From the human T2T-CHM13v2.0 reference genome, Homo sapiens, in NCBI RefSeq assembly GCF_009914755.1, contig NC_060929.1: a DNA stretch of 64,000 nucleotides; one strand, 5' to 3'. Under the pieces are notes generated by a model that was not told the origin of the DNA, searched no databases, and saw only the letters and a program-made list of their open reading frames with translations. Below are positions 63,640-64,000 of this stretch, one piece after another (positions within the stretch are counted from its first letter, which is position 1; each line of letters opens with the position of its first letter). Both the position numbers and the translations under genes were made by a program.

Positions 63640-64000
63640 AAGGTTCTCCAGAGATGTAGGGGGTAGACTTCAAGGGACTTTGTGACTATCTGGATTTGAG
63701 CAGTATTAGACTAGGGTGGCATCTAACACATCTCTCAGGCCCCTAGCTTGGACGGTGTCACTCATTGGGAGAAGAAATGATGAATGAGGACAGGTTTGTG
63801 GGCAAAAGATGATGAGCATTGGCCAGGAAATGTTGGGCAATTTCTGCTGGAAATTGGAAGAGTATGATTATCGCTGGGAAAGGAAGGAAACTGTGAGACA
63901 CTGAATTGATCCCTTGGCGTGTGGGGTATGAGAGAATGAGTATCCAGGGGGCTGATAGAGAAGTAAGGTGTATCCTGAGGAGGGAGGAGAGTTTGGGTTT
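63640..64000 (-). mobile_element. L2 fragment
   Basis: ggacaggtttgtgggcaaaagatgatgag and similar purine-rich L2 motifs. Confidence 0.5.

Overview
Primate (very probably human) intronic DNA from the RASGRF2 locus, transcribed on the + strand. The only host coding sequence is a 107-nt exon (59539-59645, exon 2, end of the N-terminal PH domain); everything upstream is intron 1. The window is dominated by transposable elements: about 23 Alus, a full-length but disrupted L1PA4-6-type LINE-1, old L1M/L2/MIR fragments, THE1, MER39, LTR33, LTR16, MLT1 and ERV1 LTRs, and a MER33. Four structures stand out. (1) A 441-bp foldback (44721-45161) has 148-bp arms with 7 mismatches, and its loop is a 32-bp tandem array carrying five perfect ATTTGCAT octamers; it lies about 180 bp upstream of the L1 5'UTR and antisense promoter. 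(2) A younger L1 3' fragment has retrotransposed in frame into the homologous region of that L1, giving a chimeric 879-codon RT frame with a 50-aa duplication. (3) A tiny 5'-inverted L1 carries an apparent 3' transduction (31827-32105). (4) The L1 has an open, extended ORF0. Subfamily calls come from recalled consensus diagnostics and were not computed.
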